Positions 61,901-63,878 of a stretch of DNA of 63,878 bases are shown here, piece after piece; the stretch's first letter is position 1, and each line of letters starts with the position of its first letter. The notes under the pieces are model-generated. The model was not told the DNA's origin. It saw only the letters and a program-made list of their open reading frames with translations, and ran no database searches. The DNA is from Patescibacteria group bacterium (GTDB lineage Bacteria; Patescibacteriota; Minisyncoccia; Phycocordibacterales; Phycocordibacteraceae), in assembly GCA_040384725.1 (NCBI GenBank), contig JAZKIS010000010.1:1-63878 (forward strand), given 5' to 3'. Position numbers and translations under genes: made by a program.

Positions 61901-63878
61901 CCAGAGCCCGTGACGTCGCCCGAGAGCGTGATGGTCTGGTTGCCGGTTAGATAGTCGGTACCCGCAACCGCCGGAATAACCGAGCCTGATGCATTGGTCT
62001 TGAGGAGCGAGGACGTCACGCCAGAGATCGCGAAGTTCGTGGTGGTTGCGTTCGTCGCAACGAGGCTGCCGAAGGTCTGGGTGCCGGCCCAGGTATTTGA
62101 GGTTGTTGTGCCGAAGGCGAGGGAGATGGCATTCGTGCTGCGGACGAGCGGATAGCTGAAGGTGAGAGGGTTCTCGTAGTCGGTGCCGGCGGTTGCGGCA
62201 GAGAGGACGCCGGAGGTCGCCTTAACGAGTCCGTTCGAGAGACCAGAGAAGGTGATGGTGCCCGCGGAGGTGAGAGACGTAAGCGTCCCAACGCTCGTAA
62301 GGGAGGAGGCGAGGACGTTCGAAGCGAGGGTGGCTCCCGTGAGGGTGCCGGCAGGCGCGATAACAACCGCGGTGCCGGCTGCCGTAATGAGGCCCTTGCC
62401 GTTAACGGTGAAGGTCGGGATGGCGGTAGAAGAACCGAAGGAGCCGGTGTTCGAGTTAACGGTTGCGAGCGTCGCTGCCGCTGAGCCCGGGCCGGACGCC
62501 GTGACGTCGCCGGTGAGGGCGGTTATGTAGTTCCCTGCTGCTTGGTAGTCGGTACCCGCAACCGCCGGAATAACCGAGCCTGATGCATTGGTCTTGAGGA
62601 GCGAGGACGTCACGCCAGAGATCGCGAAGTTCGTGGTGGTTGCGTTCGTCGCAACGAGGCTGCCGAAGGTCTGGGTGCCGGCCCAGGTGTTTGAGGTTGT
62701 TGTGCCGAAGGCGAGGGAGATAACGTTAGACGCAATCTGGAGCGGATAGGTCGCTGACGTTATGCGGTTGGTGTAGGCCGTATCCCATTCCGTCTGCTTT
62801 GCGGTTGTTGGGATCGCGTAGCCGCCGGTGAGGGAGAAGACACCCGTACCGCTGGTGTACGTGAGGCCGGTTGCGGTGCTTGAGAAGAGGCCGCGGGCGG
62901 TTGCCCCGAAGTCAGAGATGGTTGAAGCGAGCTGGGTACCGGTGTGGTTCGCGCGGTCGAGGTAGTAGCTTCCCTCCTGGCCGTCGAAGGTGCCGGTCCA
63001 GTTGCCCATTACGCTGGCGACGTAATCCGTGCCTGGAGTTGCGACCGACACGACACCTGACGTTGCCTTGAGAAGTCCGGTGAGAGAACCGATGGTTGCA
63101 GTACCAGTTGTCGTTAGATTGCCTGCAATGTAGGAGCTGCCAGCAACCGAGAAGAGCGCGCCAGGAGTCGTCGTACCGATCCCGACATTTCCGCCGAGGA
63201 ATGTCGCGGCAGGTCCCGTACTGTTCTGTTCAATAGCGAGTGTCGGGTACGCGGACGTAGATGACGCGGAGAGCTGACCCCAGGGAGTCGTAGTGCCGAT
63301 CCCGACTTCACCTGCACCCGTAACCATCACACGGACCGTATTGTTCGTCGCGAGCGATAGCGGACTATCGGTCATGTTCACGAGATTCACGGAGTTCGCG
63401 CCGCCATAGTTGCTGTTTGCTGAACCGTTCACGAAGATCCCACCGACATTCGTCGAAGTATCGTTTCCAAAATTGAGCGCAGAGAACGCCAGGCCGCCTG
63501 AGTTTGCGTTTCTCAGGTAGTAGCGGATGGCAGAATTCTGGTTACCCTGCACATCGAGAAGCGAGCCGAGGAGCGCGACTCCAGGGTTTGTCGTTCCTAT
63601 ACCGACGCTTCCAGAAGTACCGATGCGCATGTATTCCGTGCCACCCACCTCAAAAGCGAGCGCGTTATAGTCGTTCGTACCGAGCACTGCCGTTGCCCCG
63701 AAGGAGTTGCCGTCCTGAAGGAAGAAGCCGGACGAGAGCGATGAGGTAGAGATGTCGAGTGTGTTGCCGCTCCATGAAAGACCGTTACCAGCCGTGATCC
63801 GGGTAGAGGGAGTGTCATAGAAGGTACTCCATTCAGTCGTACTCGCCGTTAGAGGGATGGAGTAGCCGCTCGTTAACG
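52909..63878 (-). CDS. Giant tail-fibre/adhesin-like surface protein, 5'-truncated by the window edge (>3,650 codons)
   Basis: Single open minus-strand frame from the right edge to TAG 52909. My hand translation of 63876..63688 shows no stop upstream of the tracked GTG 63687. The protein is G/T/S/A/N-rich with about 15 GNVGIGTT(T/S)P-type punctuations. It has a YadA-head-like xxxIGxxAG block (about 56750-57560) and a peptidase-S74 module starting at Ser codon 53955-53953. A coiled-coil segment and a PEPT-rich tail follow. Confidence 0.9.
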   Translation of the reverse strand, partial: LTSGYSIPLTASTTEWSTFYDTPSTRITAGNGLSWSGNTLDISTSSLSSGFFLQDGNSFGATAVLGTNDYNALAFEVGGTEYMRIGTSGSVGIGTTNPGVALLGSLLDVQGNQNSAIRYYLRNANSGGLAFSALNFGNDTSTNVGGIFVNGSANSNYGGANSVNLVNMTDSPLSLATNNTVRVMVTGAGEVGIGTTTPWGQLSASSTSAYPTLAIEQNSTGPAATFLGGNVGIGTTTPGALFSVAGSSYIAGNLTTTGTATIGSLTGLLKATSGVVSVATPGTDYVASVMGNWTGTFDGQEGSYYLDRANHTGTQLASTISDFGATARGLFSSTATGLTYTSGTGVFSLTGGYAIPTTAKQTEWDTAYTNRITSATYPLQIASNVISLAFGTTTSNTWAGTQTFGSLVATNATTTNFAISGVTSSLLKTNASGSVIPAVAGTDYQAAGNYITALTGDVTASGPGSAAATLATVNSNTGSFGSSTAIPTFTVNGKGLITAAGTAVVIAPAGTLTGATLASNVLASSLTSVGTLTSLTSAGTITFSGLSNGLVKATSGVLSAATAGTDYENPLTFSYPLVRSTNAISLAFGTTTSNTWAGTQTFGSLVATNATTTNFAISGVTSSLLKTNASGSVIPAVAGTDYLTGNQTITLSGDVTGSGTTAITTTIGALKVTNGMLAGSIAASKLVGSDIDTVGTITSGTWNGTVIAGQYGGTGVANTGRTITLGNNLTTSGNFALTLTQTGTTNVTLPTTGTLATLLGTETFQNKTISGSNNTITNVSLTTGVTGTLPVGNGGTGAATFTNNRLLTGNGTSALVDEANLTFDGSLLTVTGNASTTQITTTGATYLATTGGNVGIGTTTPGTKLDVWGVARVGNLSAGTSGGAPVDSLIVGALWNPSILFQNYDDLTTSSRFWYDNADHSQYLYVSDSAVHGHTYEFDAHGSFVAPQVTATEFTQSPYYAATNIGTASDPVYAGPGTTAGMFFPATTSVAFSTDNTQRAVITSAGNFGIGTTTPSQLLSVQGNGLFSGNLSLANLTATGTASISGVLTAGTVSSLGTINAVALITADGINGAGDLILSAGNEENFVTGIYDSIGGSIAQYNDGNGEFSYGNSSLIIDAFGNLEFGTITSGTWNGTVIAGQYGGTGVANTGRTITLGNNLTTSGNFALTLTQTGTTNVTLPTTGTLATLLGTETFQNKTISGSNNTITNVSLTTGVTGTLPVGNGGTGSTTLSGILKGNGTGQVQTAVAGTDYQAAGNYITALTGDVTASGPGSAAATLATVNSNTGSFGSSTAIPTFTVNGKGLITAAGTAVVIAPAGTLTGATLASNVLASSLTSVGTLSTLTVSGNASFANATSTNDFSGRLTANTFAAGQTASTTISSAGALFTPSATIGTLTGLIKGTSGVLSAAVAGTDYQAAGNYITALTGDVTASGPGSAAATLATVNSNTGSFGSSTAIPTFTVNGKGLITAAGTAVVIAPAGTLTGATLASNVLASSLTSVGTLSTLTVSGNASFANATSTNFAISGITSSLLKTNASGSVIAAVAGTDYLTSSSIDTSAELGAILTDETGFTPGPDGGNLVFSAGPTFTGTVTTDLLVATSDISSAGDIKTTGSGDDFWLGNATQTSANFRAYANGDLYIDENTAYLMFGETQQASITYDGTNLSINPQSSGSGHTVFAAGNVGIGTSTPGSLLSIGGTGTGTNFFNNATTTKSGVGGYSISSGCFAVGGVCLTSGTTYTGTYPVVVSGSAISLAFGTTTSNTWAGTQTFGSLVATNATTTNFAISGVTSSLLKTNASGSVIPAVAGTDYLTGNQTITLSGDVTGSGTTAITTTIGALKVTNGMLAGSIAASKLVGSDIDTVGTITSGTWNGGAVDTGIANITTGGRFIIDVDGSAYNAAGAITLGAGTDAGIFFDGANLRIETQTTSGIILDAEDDTLEIKYSGVLGADFGLTGLDLASGDSYQIAGTSVLSGSTLGSGVTGSSLTSVGTIGTGVWQGTAVAVTYGGTGASTFTNNRLITGNGTSALVDEANLTFDGSLLTVTGNASTTQITTTGATYLATTGGNVGIGTTTPTSLLTLQGATTTTFIKLNDTLGAELLRIHSDFSTNVFIGKNAGLANTPLGTTQGRQNTFIGSGAGQNNTTGYARTDLGYAAGYSNTTGTTNTNIGYQSGFANQTGNYNTNLGVDAGAANTVNDNIFIGFHSGGSFVTPITGVQNIVIGNETAMFGTSMNNNTMVGYRSGYSITSGDSNAFFGTLSGFAVTQGSSNVFIGREAGTTLTTGTNNVFVGYRAGYSAQTSNYYNTGVGDTALFSVTSGYQNTALGGQAGFSVTTGTLNTFIGYSAGNNPSQLVSASNSTAIGNGAYTTASNQVVIGNTSVTQTLLNGNVGIGTTSPHALLTVNGSGYFAGTITATSTATSTFTGPVRASCFSTDGTTCITGGGTTYTGTYPVQVSGSVISLAFGTTTANSWSQAQTFGGALLPLTNDVAALGSATQSWADLFLASGGVLNFNNGNATLTHSAGALTSNVPLTANSFIPTSSTVPTNGVYLPAASTLGFAVNSTGEVSLTGTALSPITSDGNALGTGTLMWADLFLASGGVLNFNNGNATITHSTGLLTSNVSFSLGTSNTFTTGTIELGAASDTTLARASAGNLNIEGNLVYRAGGTDVPVADGGTGASTFTNNRLITGNGTSALVDEANLTFDGSLLTVTGNASTTQITTTGATYLATTGGNVGIGTTTADRKLSIAFASNAISGGTATGDGIYIYDTTSGGTWDMVNPNTAITFGSEDVGLRGPRARIGTVMEVATGNTSRLSFFTYAVANTPVESMTILSSGNVGIGITNPSYALQVVSTSANGISSRTAAAGANALTLTDNTNYILRAGYLASGVGYFGGDPGSALALFADGAEKVRVSTSGNVGIGNSAPNTILSVNNPLGSIGTRNPIITSQVTTTTLGGMYATTEASGPVGTGLAFDVYKANTGQIEAMRITNAGYVGIGTTTPLSLLHVATAGLAQSTLTLSGSNNNAGGAVAHIDFYESNYNHNSVARISGGRGTSGDDGNLAFITAENGTLNTRMLITEAGYVGIATTTPNKPLDVWGSEQLQLGRSAVGAWGTLITNSMTGFSGHTGQLVWSPTGAQGGSLSSFVIAASGGTAVRHVFATDGTAYHSGNVGIGTTTPNALLHLYSAADTLLKIDSHSTGNPYLSFRQADAQRAYIQWNNTNSYLQVSAGNTYFSGTNTGVGTSTTSSRFAVQSTGATDILNLFETGGVEVFSVLESGNVGINNTAPSVALDVTGDIEYTGSITDVSDRRLKENIQDIENPFSVLSAINGKTYNMIGSNRPEVGFLAQDVQAVLPNSAKIVDAERGYLGVSYLDFIPYLVEGVNELNVRTLSIAPAAENTAMYALQVSSDATIAGTLTVSESGIFIGDLASASVETGTVSANLYLVSFDEELPNEVLTNGSADLYKMASYAITGMQMISERTDLVFERLATIETRLAELELAASAPTGMPMAEGMFEIIDKFSIRNGLLSAVDLIAERLTIGSAEKPTGITFYDEVTGEPYCLSMRNGQQNIREGECTVIDLSQPQPEPTPEPEPTPEPTPESPTDPIEPPTEEPTPEPTPEPTPEPAPEPTPEPEPTPEPEPIAPAPAPEPTS
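53709..53955 (-). other. Peptidase-S74-like intramolecular chaperone/autocleavage module inside the giant ORF
   Basis: SDRRLKENIQDIENPFSVLSAINGKTYNMIGSNRPEVGFLAQDVQAVLPNSAKIVDAERGYLGVSYLDFIPYLVEGVNEL. Ser with Lys at +5 has the spacing of the endosialidase Ser-Lys dyad. Confidence 0.75.
55655..55854 (-). repeat. Intragenic repeat D, copy a (200 nt)
   Basis: Identical to 57656..57855 (offset 2,001 nt = 667 codons). It encodes FTNNRLITGNGTSALVDEANLTFDGSLLTVTGNASTTQITTTGATYLATTGGNVGIGTTT. Confidence 0.85.
57656..57855 (-). repeat. Intragenic repeat D, copy b (200 nt)
   Basis: Identical to 55655..55854. Confidence 0.85.
58259..58615 (-). repeat. Intragenic repeat C, copy a (357 nt)
   Basis: Matches 61766..62122 with a single G/A difference (58588 vs 62095). 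Its 3' 171 nt also recur at 62546..62716. Confidence 0.85.
59311..59651 (-). repeat. Intragenic repeat A, copy a (341 nt)
   Basis: By my reading it is identical base for base to 59800..60140 (offset 489 nt = 163 codons). It encodes ...AGTDYQAAGNYITALTGDVTASGPGSAAATLATVNSNTGSFGSSTAIPTFTVNGKGLITAAGTAVVIAPAGTLTGATLASNVLASSLTSVGTL... Confidence 0.85.
59800..60140 (-). repeat. Intragenic repeat A, copy b (341 nt)
   Basis: Identical to 59311..59651. Confidence 0.85.
60194..60503 (-). repeat. Intragenic repeat B, copy a (310 nt)
   Basis: Identical to 61487..61796 (offset 1,293 nt = 431 codons). It encodes GTITSGTWNGTVIAGQYGGTGVANTGRTITLGNNLTTSGNFALTLTQTGTTNVTLPTTGTLATLLGTETFQNKTISGSNNTITNVSLTTGVTGTLPVGNGGTG. 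Confidence 0.85.
61298..61480 (-). repeat. Intragenic repeat D, diverged copy c
   Basis: Same module with roughly ten substitutions (e.g. GTCCCGATACC vs GTGCCGATACC). Confidence 0.7.
61487..61796 (-). repeat. Intragenic repeat B, copy b (310 nt)
   Basis: Identical to 60194..60503. It runs directly into repeat C copy b. Confidence 0.85.
61766..62122 (-). repeat. Intragenic repeat C, copy b (357 nt)
   Basis: See 58259..58615 (offset 3,507 nt = 1,169 codons). Confidence 0.85.
62281..62556 (-). repeat. Intragenic repeat A, copy c (276-nt core)
   Basis: Identical to 59365..59640 and 59854..60129 (offset 2,916 nt = 972 codons from copy a). Confidence 0.85.
62546..62716 (-). repeat. Intragenic repeat C, partial copy c (171 nt)
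   Basis: Identical to 58445..58615 (offset 4,101 nt). Confidence 0.8.

Noticed and set aside
55655-62716. Repeat families as a CRISPR array or a mobile-element array
   Set aside because: The repeats are 170-360 nt, irregularly spaced and in frame within one ORF, and they encode protein modules. No short 25-40-nt repeat/spacer periodicity exists anywhere in the window.
52909-63878. Giant fibre gene as part of a prophage
   Set aside because: No integrase, terminase, capsid, portal, baseplate or lysis gene lies in the adjacent 53 kb. The gene is followed directly by gap. This cannot be fully excluded because the right flank is outside the window.
1-63878. Alternative genetic code (e.g. UGA recoding, as in some CPR lineages)
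   Set aside because: TAA, TAG and TGA all terminate well-supported genes at the expected lengths: TAA for rnr at 7791, TAG for pilin P2 at 49317, and TGA for S1 at 45453 and dnaE at 19680. No conserved gene needs read-through.

Overview
GC-rich, very gene-dense bacterial window with about 60 protein genes and one tRNA-Thr. I saw no rRNA, CRISPR array, transposase or integrase. Strong GC3 bias creates long antisense shadow ORFs, so many tracked ORFs are artefacts. By inference the organism resembles a small-genome Patescibacteria/CPR (Parcubacteria-like) bacterium. It has trimmed housekeeping genes (TGS-less ThrRS, short PheS/PheT, a 739-aa hinge-less SMC, split transketolase), several type IV pilins, a sortase and huge repeat-rich surface proteins. 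Layout: (1) 1-21.7 kb is housekeeping: rpoB 5' part, rpsP-KH-NTase-trmD, rnr, gdh, smc, rnc, a nusB-Nudix fusion, rpmF, rnhB, dnaE, thrS. (2) 22-27 kb is a sortase-centred surface cluster: a polyproline-stalk protein with an internal VPYTG+TM signal, a Cys-rich lipoprotein with atypical codon usage, the sortase and a CARDB protein. (3) 27-37.5 kb is housekeeping: gyrB, folB, pheST, a GT2, tRNA-Thr, tsf, rpsB, prfA, rpmE. (4) 37.6-43.4 kb holds two paralogous Ig-like/CARDB wall proteins that share a C-terminal ...NVIP[SN]FQEF end, plus a coiled-coil lytic transglycosylase. (5) 44-52.8 kb is a sugar-phosphate gene block (fba, pfkB kinase, split tkt, rpe-like, rpiB, gap) with three 'small FDEE-motif membrane protein + type IV pilin' cassettes packed tightly into it. 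(6) From 52.9 kb to the right edge runs one giant tail-fibre/adhesin-like gene (>3,650 codons, 5' end outside the window). It has an internal peptidase-S74 autoproteolytic module and several 170-360 nt perfect intragenic repeats. My best candidate for an undescribed system is the giant fibre gene plus the pilin/FDEE cassettes, possibly with the two surface clusters, acting as a cell-attachment apparatus. All functional statements are inferred from motifs read by eye; no database search was possible.
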